NCBI GenBank assembly: GCA_964016885.1
Contig: OZ024745.1
Span: forward strand, 51,956,001 to 52,020,000
Direction of reading: 5' to 3'
DNA: 64,000 nt
DNA from: Eledone cirrhosa
Lineage: Eukaryota
Of this stretch, positions 1 to 13,567 are shown one piece after another (position 1 is the first letter of the stretch; each line of letters opens with the position of its first letter). The notes below the pieces were generated by a model, which saw nothing but the letters and a program-made list of their open reading frames with translations, made no database searches and was not told the DNA's origin. The position numbers were made by a program, and so were the translations under genes.

Positions 1-459
1 TTTCCGGAGATTTACAACCATAAAAACATGGAAATTATAGTGTTTATAGGATATATGCATAACACGGATACAGCTGCAATATAATTATAGGCACAGACAA
101 TTGTAAACAGTATTTCATTGAAGAAATAGTTTACGATTTCGCCAGCATATAGCCTAGATAACGAAATTTAAACCGTGTATATAATATGAAGAATCAATAT
201 GAGTTACGCATGCTGTTTCAATTCATTGATATGTCACGGATTGATCATTAGTGTTGCTTTTTCAAATAACCTCAGAGCATCAACACAAAGGGTATGTAAG
301 AGATATGTCCTTCAACATATCCTCCAGGCCATTTTGAATTCTCTAGTGAGCTGGATGTTCGTGTTAAGAGAGTATCTGAGCTGCCATCCGATCAACATAA
401 AGTTATATGCAGCTTGAGACTTCATAAAGCAAACGAAGTCCAACACTTTGGCAGGCCCA

Positions 460-1728
460 GGTCGATTTGAAAGATAGTGAGGATGGCGTTGATTTAGAAG
501 GAAGTTAGGAGCAAGTATGGAAATACCATTGCATCCAAATCCAGATAACTACCTTCGAAAACTGAAGCCTGAAATGGAGTGAAGATTGTTCAGCTCAACA
601 GTTTCTGCTTCAGCTGTTAAAGGCTAAGGGTAACAAAACTTAGTGTGGTGCCGGATGGCAGCAGGATCCCTTGGTTCGATCAAGATGTCAAATATTCCTA
701 TTCCCCTTTTCACTATGGAAAACAAGAAAGATTGCTCAAATTATAGAGAGATATTCTTGTTAAGCCTGCCCGGGAACATCTATGATATGTGCCTGGCAAA
801 GAGAATTTTGATCAACAGTGTGGGTTTCGCTCCGGACGCAGCACAGCCGACAAAATATTCAAACTGCAGCAGGTCTTCGAGAAACCGTTGGAGCATTGTT
901 AAGCGTTTTCTTCTTGTTTTGTAGACCTCTAAAACGCATAAGGGATCAAATGTCGGTTTCATGTTACCCAGATGTCTCAATATGAATGCTAGGGTACTTG
1001 TGTTTCAATAAATGTTGCTAAATCCAAACCATACAATGTGGGGATAGGACTCAGCCAAATGTGCCTACTTTCATCTCTCCTGATCATTACTTTCCTTAAC
1101 AGGATTGACAAGGGCAGCCAAGTTGGAAGTGTTACATATCTGGCATGTGTAAAGTCATTCGGCTGGATATTTGCAAACGATATGGAGTTACTTACCATGA
1201 CAGAAGGTGATCTCTGACTAGCACTTGATAGGTCTGATGCCGAGTGCTGCGTGACTGGGATACAAATCAGCCTACTCAGTGCATTATATATGTCAATTGA
1301 ATTCCACTAAAGCGGGTGAAGATGTTCAAATATCTAGGTGTCGCGTTTTCGAGTGATGGAAAGCAGGAGATTGAATTAAGTGTAAGAATGTCAGGACTTG
1401 GTGAAGGAATACGCTAGCTTAGCATTCGGTAATCAGAAAAAAAGAAAAACAAGTAGGTAGGTGTAACATACATACTCGCTATCTTCAATTCGGTATTCAT
1501 ACCAACGATTGACTATTGTCATAAATAGGGTAATAACAGAAAAATCCGATCGCTAATAGAAGTAGCCGAAATGCAGGTTTTCCGAAGCGTCTTTGCAGTA
1601 ATGTTACTAGATGTAGTGGGTAGCTCGGAGAAGAGAGAGCCATTCCATGATACGTTGGAGACAGTTGCTTCCGACAGGCCCGGTGGAAGGAATTTTTGAA
1701 TAATCTGCCTCCACGACCCTATCAGGGA
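460..1728 (+). mobile_element. Degenerate RTE-clade LINE, RT and 3' end
   Basis: Frame-broken RT motifs are readable: KKDCSNYREIFLLSLPG (ORF 643-924), a GLSQMCLLSSLL segment near 1047, an FADD-like 'tttgcaaacgat' near 1170 and FKYLGVAFSSDG near 1325. The element ends at a (GAA)n tract. The 5' boundary is approximate. Confidence 0.7.
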
Positions 1729-1866
1729 GAAGAAGAAGAAGTAGAAGAAGAAGAAGAAGAAGAAGAAGAAGAAGAAGAAGAAGAAGAAGAAGAAGAAGAA
1801 GAAGAAGAAGAAGAAGAAGAAGAAGAAGAAGAAGAAGAAGAAGAAGAAGAAGAAGAAGAAGAAGAA
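1729..1866. repeat. (GAA)n microsatellite, probable retrotransposon tail
   Basis: Near-pure GAA run directly after the RTE fragment. Confidence 0.95.
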
Positions 1867-2649
1867 TTAATACACGGAAATATATTTGCCAGCCAAAGAT
1901 TCCTGTGCGATCATGAGGTGTCGGCTTAATTCCTAAGGCTGGGGAGAATTTGCGCTAAACCGCTCTCATTGTATTAGGTCAATAGCACTGCATCGTGGAA
2001 TCCCACGTGGCGTATCTAGGAGAAGTGGTTTGAATGCAGAAGAGATGTCATGTGTGGTGCTTGTGTAACTAATTATCGTAAATCTGCGCCTAGAAGTAAA
2101 TGTAGGGAGACAAGGTGTGAATGCTACTACAATTTTAGGGCAGCCTCCGGCGCTAATTACAAAGTGATAGAATCAGCAGGAAGGGATCTACATACAATCA
2201 AATTGTCAAGGTTATTAACCATATAGTTGGAGGAAATTTCCCCTCCTCAGGTCTAAACATTCTCCAAAGTAGTCAGCCTTTCGGTTAATGCTTTGTGGGC
2301 TCTTTCTGAGTATCTCAAAGGTCTCACTTAGACAGGGGACACAAATGCCTGCATCACTTCCATCTTTCGTGCCTCCAACACATCGAACAAAACCATCGAA
2401 CAAAACGTCTTGTCTAGCATAGACGTCCAGATCTTTGCCGAAAGGGCGGTCCATTTACGTTTATCGATCTTATTAAAGAAGTGACACTTGTTGTACCACC
2501 TGTCCTTGAAGCTTGTCAAGCAGCTCATATGTACCCATACGTCGTGTGCTCTATCCTGTGTACACAAGTATCGGTCGTTTAACTAACACGCATAATAACA
2601 TTCACACACCCATGCACATACACACACATGCCCCCTTCGCCCCCCCCCC

Positions 2650-2693
<44 letters not shown>

Positions 2694-2694
<1 letters not shown>

Positions 2695-2893
2695 AAGGCG
2701 TGTGGCTGAGTGGTTAGAAAATTGGATTCGCAATCGTGAGGTCGTGAGTTCGATTCCTGGACCAGGCTATGCGTTATGTCCTTGAGCAAGATACTTTACC
2801 TGGAGTTGCGACCGATAGATAGTATTAGCAATTGGAAAGACCAATGGAAACATTGTTTCCTCAGTCCGATTTGACGAAAGTCGAACGTTCCTT
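2694..2893 (+). mobile_element. tRNA-derived SINE with CORE-like segment (family S1)
   Basis: A-box-like tggctgagtggttag and B-box gagttcgattcct, followed by tgtccttgagcaagatacttta. A closely similar copy lies at 25402-25620. Confidence 0.85.
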
Positions 2894-5800
2894 ATGTGAG
2901 TGTGCGTGTGTGTGTGTGTTGCGCAGATTAAAATAAATATGTAGAAGGAACGGACAAAAAATCTCTTCGGCATTACTAATTAAACAATTATGTGCCTGCT
3001 TTGCTCTCTGGTCTTCTTTTCTATCGTAAGACATTTTATTGTTAAGCCTTCATGTATTTGCTTTGTGCTCCTAGTCGAAAGAAACTTTCGTGCTTTCTGT
3101 TATCTTTCTGTTGAGTAGTATGTGTTGTGCAATATGCAAGATTCCGATATCTTATCAATGAAATTGCATAGCCCATGGCAGTTAGGTACTTCTGTATGTT
3201 CGTCCCACTTATTTGGGATTTTACTGTGCAAATTAAGCATACATACGTGCATATGCACGTACACACACTCACAGAAACACACACACACATACATACACAC
3301 ACACGCACACATATATAGACACACATACACACACAAATATATATATATTTTACGTATCGTATGTTTTGTGACCAGAATTTTGTAGCGTTGTTATTCATTC
3401 AAATCGTATCACATGCCGAAAACAGAGTATGCAAGATTAGCTTTACATTCATATGGAAATAATTCCTGAACCGACAGAGAATAGAATTTGGCCGTACAAA
3501 TAAATAAATTAGATAAATATATTTACAAACACAATATCAATAATCTCTTCAGTAATATAAGCCGATTAATATACAGAATTCAATGTCTTCAATGCTTATT
3601 GTCTAATATAATACGTATATAAATATTTCATTAACTGTATGCCAACCATTATTAGCTAGTATATATTTCATTATTGAAGACAAAATAGCGTATTCTGTAT
3701 CCAATATGGATTACAATTCATGTCATTCCGCTATAGTCAATAATCGTGATTATATATTCAACACTGTATTTGTGATGCCTGTTAGTTTATCCCCAAACAT
3801 ACAATTTATCGATTCTAACTCGTGTGTTTTAGATCTTGTCCACTGAGAGGCATCATACAATCCCCACTTTATGAGAACTCGTGTTTACATATTTGTGAAG
3901 ATATTATACATGCACTTCTGTTTCCCAACTGACAACTACTAATGCCACAGCTATTTTAAGACAATGTTGTAATATGCCTAAATAAAACGTATAATTATGG
4001 CAGTTCCTGAAAACAAGTAATTTATTAACTTCGAGCATATCCCTGTCTAAAAACAAATCTTTGCAATATAAATGTTTAGTTTTCAGGAAGAGAAACGGTG
4101 AAAAACCAGAGAAGATACATAACAAATGAATCACTATGTCATACATTAGGTAAGCTTGTTTGGGCAATATTATATATTTACTTTGTAAAGAGAAGCGTAG
4201 AAGATAGAAGGAAGAATTATTATAAATGGGAGTAATAGAGTAGAGAACCATTCTGTTTACATAGCTCCTTAGGGTCCGGTTATTTATATAAAAAGTGCAT
4301 GAAAGGAATAGGAGAAATCAGAATTTTGAAGTATATGTTAATTGTTTACAAACAATCACATGTGGTGATTGTCTCAATGGAACACTGAATAAATGCTAGC
4401 TACCAATAAGCACATAACTCAAACTGAATACAGAATTATATCTGTAATTGTTTCAGACGAGTGCAAATCAAATACACAAAAATACAGTGTAGAATTGACG
4501 AAGGTCTCGTTTACAATGCAGTAACATTATTCGACAAAGGCGAATAAAGGTAATTTATGAAACGGAGAGGAAAAGTCAAATAAATCACAATCACAACCCA
4601 CTCCAAATATATCTCCTGAAGAGAAAGATCTATTAATTTGCATCACAAAATATTCTTCTAGAATGGAAAAACATGGACTCCACCTAGCGATGTATACATT
4701 ATATAAATAAGAGCAGGTATATTTTGTAAGGAAGAACTCATAAACGACAGCGTCAATTAAATGCATTGCATATATCTCTCCATATATTATTTACACTGCA
4801 ATATATATCGGTTATGAAATAACTCATATGCCTCATATGTGTGTCGTCTATTAATATTTAATATATTTCAATACAGCTACGTATATTTGTATTGATATAT
4901 TCTTTCAATATAATGTATATATGAATCTCTTTAAATAAAATACACCCGCTTCCACGACCACAGTTTGCATTTAACTAAAATTCAAAATTAATAACGTCAC
5001 TAATTCTGGAAAGGAATTAAGTAACAATAACAGTTTACGTTACTTTAATAAGAACATTAGGAAAGGAAATAATTTCCAACAATAAAACATTACATTTTCC
5101 GAATGAAATTTGATGGAGGAAGGATTCTAAAATTACGACAATATTTTCATTCAATCATATAGATGTTAATAAGGATTCTATCTAGCACTACGTGTCTCGG
5201 AGTGGTCCCGTCTGCTTTTGAAATAAAAACGTTGTACATTTCCTGTCGTGGCATAGAAACAGTGCTTTCGTCAATTAAAATGATTGTACCATGTTATTGA
5301 TCAAAGCACAGTATATATTACGCCAGATCTCTAGTCTATTAGACACAAAGGAAGCATCTACACTCCATACTTGCGCCTACTAGTTGATATGCATTTTGCT
5401 ACTTAGCTCTTTATCGCTGCTCATTGTTTCACATGGCATTTTCTGTTTATAATGAAAGCAACAATATACGAATGTATCAGCTTTGATAAACACTTACATA
5501 ATGCAAAACATTTGATCCAATGAAAACCAAAAAATAACCACATTGGTAATACACTGATTTGTGCATGAAGAAACGCATTCTGTATTTGACCATTAAAACT
5601 AGATATCCTTAATGAATTCTTCGAAAACTCCTTATGAAAATAAATTATTTTAATGATCTCTTTGAAAAGTAATCTCTAAGGTAATAACGAATGTGATGAT
5701 ATATGTGATGTGTTTATCACACATAAATCTAGTATTATAAACAATTTTGCGCCGATTATGAACAAGGAATTAAAAACTGATCCTAACCAAATATTCAAGA

Positions 5801-7581
5801 GACTTTAATTTCCTCTTCCCTTTATCGAAAATTGTGTGTTTACAGGCCATGATCAAACACTGCTCTCTGTAATCTGGCTAAAGGGAATATGATAGAAACA
5901 AAAGTACGTCACAAGACGAGATTAACTCATTTATTTATAATTGTTTCTACATTTGGTACAAGGCCAGCACTTATTCCAGTGTATTATTTTATCGATCCTG
6001 TAAGGTTCTACAATGGTATATATAAATATATATATATAATGGGTCATGTGTGAAAGGCGTATATGTATGCATGTGTGTTTGTAATCATGTGAAGTTGATA
6101 ATTAGACAGATTTAAATATGCTGTATCAAGTGAGATTCCATGAATTAAAAACTTGTTTGGGTCATCCAAATTGAGGACAAAGTAGCAAAGTTGGAATATT
6201 CTATTAGAATCCTTTTTTCGTAGTTGACTTTTCAAGTGATATATCTTCAACCATCATTGAGTGAAAAATGTTATCTTCTATAAATGTTCACTCTGCTTGT
6301 TGCATGACATGGTGGGAGTTTAAAGAATCCGTGTGATCCAAACATTTTGTTCAGCATATCTTAACACATATATATCTTATTTGTCCTAAAGCTTAGTTAC
6401 ACTTATTTGTATAATTGCTATATATAGATGCAACTTTAAGGATATTTCCACTGATACAGATAGTGTAAATTGGAGTTTATCTGTTCTAGGTATAAAACAA
6501 TATAGAGAGACAATGAGCAAAGAATAATCTGGATAACTGAGAATGAGTAAAAACTAGGAAATAAGAATTGAAGTTATTATGTTCATTGCCGCATACCATT
6601 ATATACTACATAAAATATCAGTGCTATACACAAACAGTAATATGCTTTGATGCTTGTGGGTGTGTAAGTTAACGTGCATGCGTTCTTAGGTGTATGGTGT
6701 TTTTTTGTATCAATATGTTTGAAAGAATTCCAAAATATTTACATGTGTCTAATTAGTCTGAGTTGATTCATCTAGCATATCATTTATTGGTATTTTCAGA
6801 CGGAAAATATTGCTGTGGGTGCTGGAGGAAAATGCTATAAATCTATAATTAATTTGATATACGGACGAAATATATTGTAATATGGAATAACTCATTGTAG
6901 TATATCAAGTATTGATATTCATGTATTGATACGGTGTTATTATCGCTAAATACATTACCAATTCATTAACTTACCAATACGTGAACTAGATGAAAATGAG
7001 TAGAATATATACATATTCAACACAGCCATATTAGATAACTGAAATATATTTAAGACAGTGGAAAGTCATTTAAATCGGTGAAATATAAGAGAAATATTTA
7101 CAAGATTCACGTATTACAACATCGTATATTACATCACCTATATAGATGTTACTGAATTATAACTAATCAACAGGTAGAATTTGGATTCTTCCCATTTGGA
7201 ATTTGTGTGGAGAATTTTACACCAGCGAACATTTATATTCATTGGTTGCCAGGAATTGGTGCCAGAAAATACATAATTCGAACTATTTCCGTGGAAATAT
7301 ATTCAGTGAAGGTAAATTAGTATACCATACTCCATCTTCCATATTAACACACTGGATCTATGTGCAAAAATGAAAAATTATATAATTCGATACAGTCAGA
7401 CTATGAGCTAACATACGAAAGAAAATATGGATTGTGAAAAAGAAGAACGGCATTGTCAGGCATGTTGTATCATACCGTTGTAGAAGTCCTAATTGATGCG
7501 AAGATATTTAAGTAGGAACGATGAAAAATTCTCATTATTTAATTGTTATATATATTTATATATATATATATATATATATAT

Positions 7582-7764
7582 AAACCACAGACCCTCCATC
7601 TCAACTCTACTTTTGAAAAGCAGAAGAACTGCGAAACCGGTAAGGGATCCAAATACATATATATATATTTTTTTTAAAATAAGACTCCAGTTTCATTTTA
7701 GATTTCAACTTTTTTTATTTATACTTTCACTCGGTTATTTTTCATTTTGTAAAAAAAACCTCAC

Positions 7765-7770
<6 letters not shown>
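7582..7770 (+). mobile_element. (TA)n-flanked hammerhead-bearing element (Penelope pLTR/retrozyme-like)
   Basis: Bounded by (TA)n on both sides and contains a hammerhead fold at 7610-7645. Confidence 0.5.
7610..7645 (+). ncRNA. Minimal type I hammerhead motif, U3-A8 core variant
   Basis: ctt-TTGAAAA-gcag(aagaa)ctgc-GAAA-ccgg-TA-agg. Stem II is 4 bp, stem III is the palindrome ccgg, the site is GUA, and stem I is ctt/agg with one G-U pair. Confidence 0.6.
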
Positions 7771-7801
<31 letters not shown>

Positions 7802-8013
7802 TGTATGTGTGTGTGTGAGTATGTGTGAGTGGGGGTGAGTGTGTGTTTGTTTGTTTGTTTGTGTGTGTGTATATGCATATCCGTATGTAGATGATGGACA
7901 AGAAAATATACTCTATACTAAATTAGAATGTAAATATTCAATTTGCCTCATGAACCCGTGAGGATCAAATGTAATTCCAAGGCAGCAAAACAAACTATTT
8001 AATGTAAATGAAA

Positions 8014-8058
<45 letters not shown>

Positions 8059-9959
8059 GAAAAGCGTTCCAAACAAAAATGTAGGATCCATGTTTGTGTA
8101 GACATTCGCCTATATAATTTGCACGAACTTTTCAACTCTATGATTATATCAGGCAAATATGTCCCGACATTTAGCTGATACGTTGTTCATAACCATCCTT
8201 CTTTTCGGATAAGATATAGTTTTTTATGTACAATGTGTGTTTCCCCGCAGAGAGGAACCCACTAAAAATGTTAGCTTTCATTACTAAGGAGCCTTAGGCT
8301 TTACACTGCACATATTTATATCACAATATAAGTTTGTTTTCATTTGAATATTTTTTTTATACATTTATCATTTTGTCACTTAGTCTCTGCTTCTTGTATT
8401 TGTTGTCGTTCATCATTCACCTCTCTCTCATAGAAAATATAAAACATTTATTTACGTTTACTATTTACCATTGCACGGTATGAAACATCTACAGCTTATA
8501 CCGTCTGTTCCAGCCTCTAATTAAATTAATAATGAACGCAAGCAATTTAAAATTCATGTCTACTCTTGACTGTAATTAAAATTGATGTGAGGAGTCGTTG
8601 TTCAAACTATAGAGGATACATGATCGGTCGGTCATTATAAGAAAACTCACATCCATCAACTCAGATGCAACATGAAATTAGGATAGCTGCTTGAATTTGC
8701 TATTATCTATTTTGTTGTTATTCATCGCATGTTACTATAGGGGGTGGCAGGGCACAACTTAATCGACTACTGCTGTTGTTCTATATATTCCGCCTGATTT
8801 TTTTTCTATGCGTTAAAATAATAGCGACTAAATATCTAAATATTATAAAACTTATATAGGTTAGCAATACATAGTACAAGAGAGGAGAGGGAGTGGAAAA
8901 GAATTTAAAGTAACTAAAATATACATTAAAAAATTGAATGAAAATAAAGAAGATAAGAATGCCAAATAAATATAGAGAATTGAATTCAAAAAATTGCAAT
9001 TAAATAGAAAATATAAACAAACGTATAAAGAAAAACTATTGGGTTGTAGGAAGGCTAAAGGAAATAGAATAATGACCGAAATTAGTATTGGAGTAAAAGA
9101 GAAAAATGATGAAGTAGATTATGGTTTACTAGAACATGTAGGATAATTTACTTTTTACAAATAATATATGGTTGTTGAAAATGGGGATACAAAACAAAAT
9201 AAGATAATTGGAGAAAATATTCAAAATGCATAGCAGCATGAATAAATTATATAATTTAAATTCTGATAGTTTTGAAATATAAATTTACACATTAAAATGG
9301 AGCAACCATTATAAAGAATAAATTATCAAGAAGGGGAAAAAAAACAGTACATAAAACGGATTGTTCTGAAAAGATGACATTTAGAAGAGAATGTTAAAAT
9401 AAGATAAAATAGCTCAACACAATGCGCAGATAAAACGTGCTAAACTAGATATTAAATAAAATATGAACAGCCAAAAAGAAATACTGAAATGAATAAAGCC
9501 ATTAAAGCAATAAAGATAATAAAGCATAGTTTAGTGCCAACAGTTCAAATGTTGGAAACTTAATTTTTGTTTACACAGATAAATATTCCAAAATGCCTTT
9601 ATAAAATGTTAACTCCACTGTACTTGTTTTGCATTACTAATGCTAAGCGGCAATTTTATGCAATGAATTATGTTAAGTGGGCAAAGATTAAAAGAATCTC
9701 ATAAAATTAAACTCAAAATTTCATAGGCATGATGGGAAAGAGGACGTGGAATTTAGATGAAACATATACAGATATGTGGTTACAACTGCTTCAATTGATA
9801 CTACAATACAATATTTAAAAGTATATGCGAAAACTATAGTTCAAGATGGTTTCAACAATCATACATTTACAGTATCCTTTATTATAATTTCTACCATCAC
9901 TTTCCATATTTGTTCTCATGAAAATGAATATTTAGCACAGAATAACATGAAATGTAAAA

Positions 9960-10550
9960 TGTTTTACGTTGTTTTATTACTCATTTTATAGGTGTTTCAG
10001 TTTCTATATGAGAATAGTTTCCTTAATACTGAGATAGACAGCATTCGTATCCTCGGCTTCGATAGTAACTGCCACGTCTTTGGGAGTGTTCTTGCACGTA
10101 TCTATGTGTTCCTTGAAGAAAGATGTATGTATGTTGGAATGTTATTTGATATGGATTGTAGTGCTGTGTTCCTGTTGACGAGGTAAATTTCGTTGTATTT
10201 AGTGCGTATGGTCATAAGCACATGTACAATTTTCAGTTGGGGTAGTTCGTCAGCTCAATTTGATTTGTGCTCTTTAAGCCGTTCTATGTAAGTATTTGCA
10301 CAGGGACCGGATCAAGGTAACTTAATTTCTAATCCCTCTATGTGGATAGCCCGGTGGACAGACAAGGTTATCTTGTCGTTGCAATGCGTCAACTTTCAGG
10401 AAACGGTAATCTAAGTGGTCTTTTTATTTCCTGGTCATATAGCCCTCACAACGCTTAAAGTAGATGCTAGATATATGCTGGCCCATGATCCTCTTGTGAA
10501 GGTTCCGTATTTCTCTTATTTTAAGAGTTCTGATGTGTATACAATACATG
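9960..10550 (-). mobile_element. Possible decayed Penelope-like element 3' end (GIY-YIG C-terminal part)
   Basis: Minus-strand peptides IRNLHKRIMGQH (10510-10472) and AIHIEGLEIKL (10350-10319) resemble the R.L..RI.EH and E.L.I....P.LN motifs of PLE endonucleases. Heavily frame-broken. Confidence 0.35.
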
Positions 10551-10553
10551 GTA

Positions 10554-10654
10554 AAGAAGAAGAAGAAGAAGAAGAAGAAGAAGAAGAAGAAGAAGAAGAA
10601 GAAGAAGAAGAAGAAGAAGAAGAAGAAGAAGAAGAAGAAGAAGAAGAAGAAGAA
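10554..10654. repeat. (GAA)n microsatellite
   Basis: Pure repeat tract. Confidence 0.95.
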
Positions 10655-13049
10655 CTGTTATAGGACCGGATTCTCTGGTCCCGTACACCGTGGTTCGGGC
10701 ATCTATTCACAAGCCTAGAAAACGTTAAATATCGATGTCAGTCTATACTCGCGAGAGCGAGCTTACGCCATACGTGACCGCCATCCACAGTAAGAAATTA
10801 ACCTTATATGAACATATTTAGAAAAAAAATATTCTGATTGTTTCTATTTGTAAAATCGTGGGCGCTATTTGCATTATTTTAGGATTTGCTTTAAAACTTT
10901 TTTTTCGTTCCATAGTTTACTGTCTAAAAATGTAATATATGCAAGTTACTTCAATTGATTTGGCCCAGTTTCTACATGTTTTTACATACACTTGCAGTAG
11001 AACCTTCCATCCATCCAAAACTATGACGCACGCCCTGATACAAACTGCTAAAATTTAATATTGAACGACAGTCATTCATCTTATCGAAAATTTAATTCAC
11101 GTCAGTGTTATTATTGGTATATGAAACTGGAACTGCCTCCAAATATGAACGATGGTTTTATTCCTAGGAGAATAGATTTATAAACCTTTGACTGGCGCAT
11201 ATATATCTTTTACTTTATGTGTGCTATTTTTGTTTCGGTTTCTAGGCAATCTTCTATTACGAATCGGAGAGTCCACTCTCAATTAAAGAATTTTAACACG
11301 CCTTTGAACAAGTGACTATTCATTGAATACCAAGCAGAGTATCAATGAAGGAGTTAGACATGTAAAAGTAATATGAATAATGATGCAAACATATTAGTAG
11401 CAAATAGTTGCGTTGTCTTTTACACACCTATTTTCTCATAAGTGTACGGTTTTATTATCTCTATTACTAGCTCTCTATTCCTTTCTGTTTTCTGAATGCA
11501 ATAAGAGACCACTCCAGTTTCTAATAAAATATGTGACACTACTCATGATAAAACTGCAGACATTGTCAAAACACGTCAAACTTCTGTTATATTACGTTTT
11601 ATGAACTATGATCACAATAGCGAGACACATTAAAATGATTATATGATGTATCGTTCCTCTGAACCTTTACATATCCCTCGCAAATTTCTGTCCGAAGTCT
11701 TGAAAATAATGTGCAATGAGTAACGCAAATAGGCATTCCTTATTACAGAAGTATATATATAATATTATATATGTTAATAAACATTTACACGAGAAGGATT
11801 CAATACACATTGTAGAATCCACTTTTCCTTACACTAACTTATCAAATGTGTGTCTGTGTGTGCTAAACTCGCAGATCAATGAATGGGGCATATATTGAAA
11901 TATATATGCGGATTTGAATTTACATCCACTCTTACGAAACAATGCTGGGTTTGTGTTGCGTCCAACATAGTTTGAGCGCTGATATTGGTAGTCTTGAATT
12001 TTGTCCGTGAATAAATGCGATTATATTCGAAATTAGCACTCGACTTGATAAATGTAAAACGAATAATGTCGAAAAACATGGAAAGGATCTTGCTGATAAC
12101 AATGTTTTACATGGTGAGAGAAGAAACTCGCAACATCTGCTCGGCCATATCAAGTGAATGTGAAATGTTTTATAGCTTTGTGGGCACGATAGGGCTCGAT
12201 TTGAGGTTATAAATAGAGAAACAAATATATCATCTCGATATCTTGGCTGTTGCCGGTACTAGGAGAAATATGTTCCTCTAGACAGCAAGTGAGAACGCCA
12301 CTCGCTCGATGGAAAATATTTATATAATAAATATAATATAACTCTAGGCAAGAATCAATGCCTCGTAAAAGGAATATTCAATTGTTTTTATATGCATACT
12401 GCAATAACTAGTCAGATAAATGTTCACTGATTACATAACAAGTGTTGTGACATGCAGCACGAAAGAGAATGGTTAACTGAAATTTCAGTCACGTGCTAAC
12501 TTAGTAACGGTTGATAGAATTAGATTACGTTGGGGAGCTGGATAACATAATGCAACTATTTGTAGGTTAATAAGCAAATTATTATCATCACACTTGTCTA
12601 TTTGAAGAAGCAAAAACAAAATTAACTTCCACCATCGTAAGAAGTGTTGTGCGAATCTAAAATCATCGTGGTTACCTTTTGGCGAAGTCACGTAGGGTTT
12701 TGTTGCGTATGTCTCGGAGCAGTGGCGATTGGCCAGGTTGCCATATTGCCCAATGGCAGGTGGGCCCCAGGAGGCCCTTGATAGCATTGCAGAGCCCACT
12801 GTAGTCTTATAGGGCGAATGCTTTGCTTTCAAAAAATACCTGGAATCTAAGAGAAAATAAAAAAAATAAAAATGAATAAAGAAATTAAGCAAAGCATTTG
12901 GTCAACCAATTCCCCAGAGAATTACTAGTAACCAAAATATACGATAGTGCAAATATTTGGAATCGGTGATCGTACATTCTACTAAATATAAAGCTTAGTG
13001 TATTCATTCATGCATGCAAACATACATATATGGACACAAACACACAAGC

Positions 13050-13084
<35 letters not shown>

Positions 13085-13128
13085 TATATATATTTATATA
13101 CTTACACACGAACTACTGACCAAATAAT

Positions 13129-13309
13129 TGTTTCTACTTTAGGCACAAGGCCAGCAATTACCCAGTGCATTACTGGTACTTTATTTTATCGACCCCGTAA
13201 GGATGAAAGGCAAAGTCAACCTCGGCGGGATTTGAACTCAGATCGTAAAGGGATGTAACTATACTGGAAAGCATGGCGTCCGACCCTCTACCGATACTGC
13301 CAATCCACC
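13129..13309 (-). mobile_element. tRNA-derived SINE (family S2), full length, with 17 bp TSD
   Basis: The minus strand reads tggattggcagtatcggtag...gagttcaaatccc-gccgaggttgactttgcctttcatccttacggggtcgataaaataaagtaccag...gtagaaac. It is flanked by actactgaccaaataat at 13112-13128 and 13310-13326. There are several other copies in the window. Confidence 0.9.
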
Positions 13310-13364
13310 ACTACTGACCAAATAATATTCGGTATCATGGGTTAAAGACATCTGTCAAATCAAT

Positions 13365-13531
13365 TAGTGGATTGATTTTTTTAGTTTCAGAAGATCCCGT
13401 TAAGGGTGAAAGCAGCGATTCTTTGCTTAAACTTTATTTCTGTTATTTTAATAAATATTTGCTCTACGGTTCTTATATATTTGATATATATTTATCCTTA
13501 TCGAGGCCTCTTTGAATTTTAGTCTTCAAAT

Positions 13532-13547
<16 letters not shown>
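13365..13547 (+). mobile_element. Hammerhead-bearing repeat family B, ending in (TTA)n/(TA)n
   Basis: Homologous to 15657-15790 and 57670-58470. Confidence 0.65.
13383..13433 (+). ncRNA. Type I hammerhead-like motif with CAGAAGA core
   Basis: agttt-CAGAAGA-t-ccc(gttaa)ggg-t-GAAA-gca(gcgattctt)tgc-TT-aaact. All three stems close and the site is CUU. Core position 4 is A instead of U. Confidence 0.5.
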
Positions 13548-13562
<15 letters not shown>

Positions 13563-13567
13563 TATAA

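Noticed and set aside
1696-1929. Poly-Glu ORF, and similar poly-K/S/I/L/Y and YIYI/HTHT ORFs across the window
   Set aside because: These are translations of GAA, TAA, TA, CA and CT microsatellites, not genes.
2694-2765. Functional tRNA gene (also 25402 and the S2 heads)
   Set aside because: A/B boxes run into shared SINE bodies, and no convincing cloverleaf or Pol III terminator is present.
8860-9740. A-rich coding-like block, possible old LINE fragment
   Set aside because: No diagnostic motif could be read.
12720-12801. Mini hAT element (cagtgg...ccactg)
   Set aside because: Only 6 bp of terminal match, no 8 bp TSD and no second full copy.
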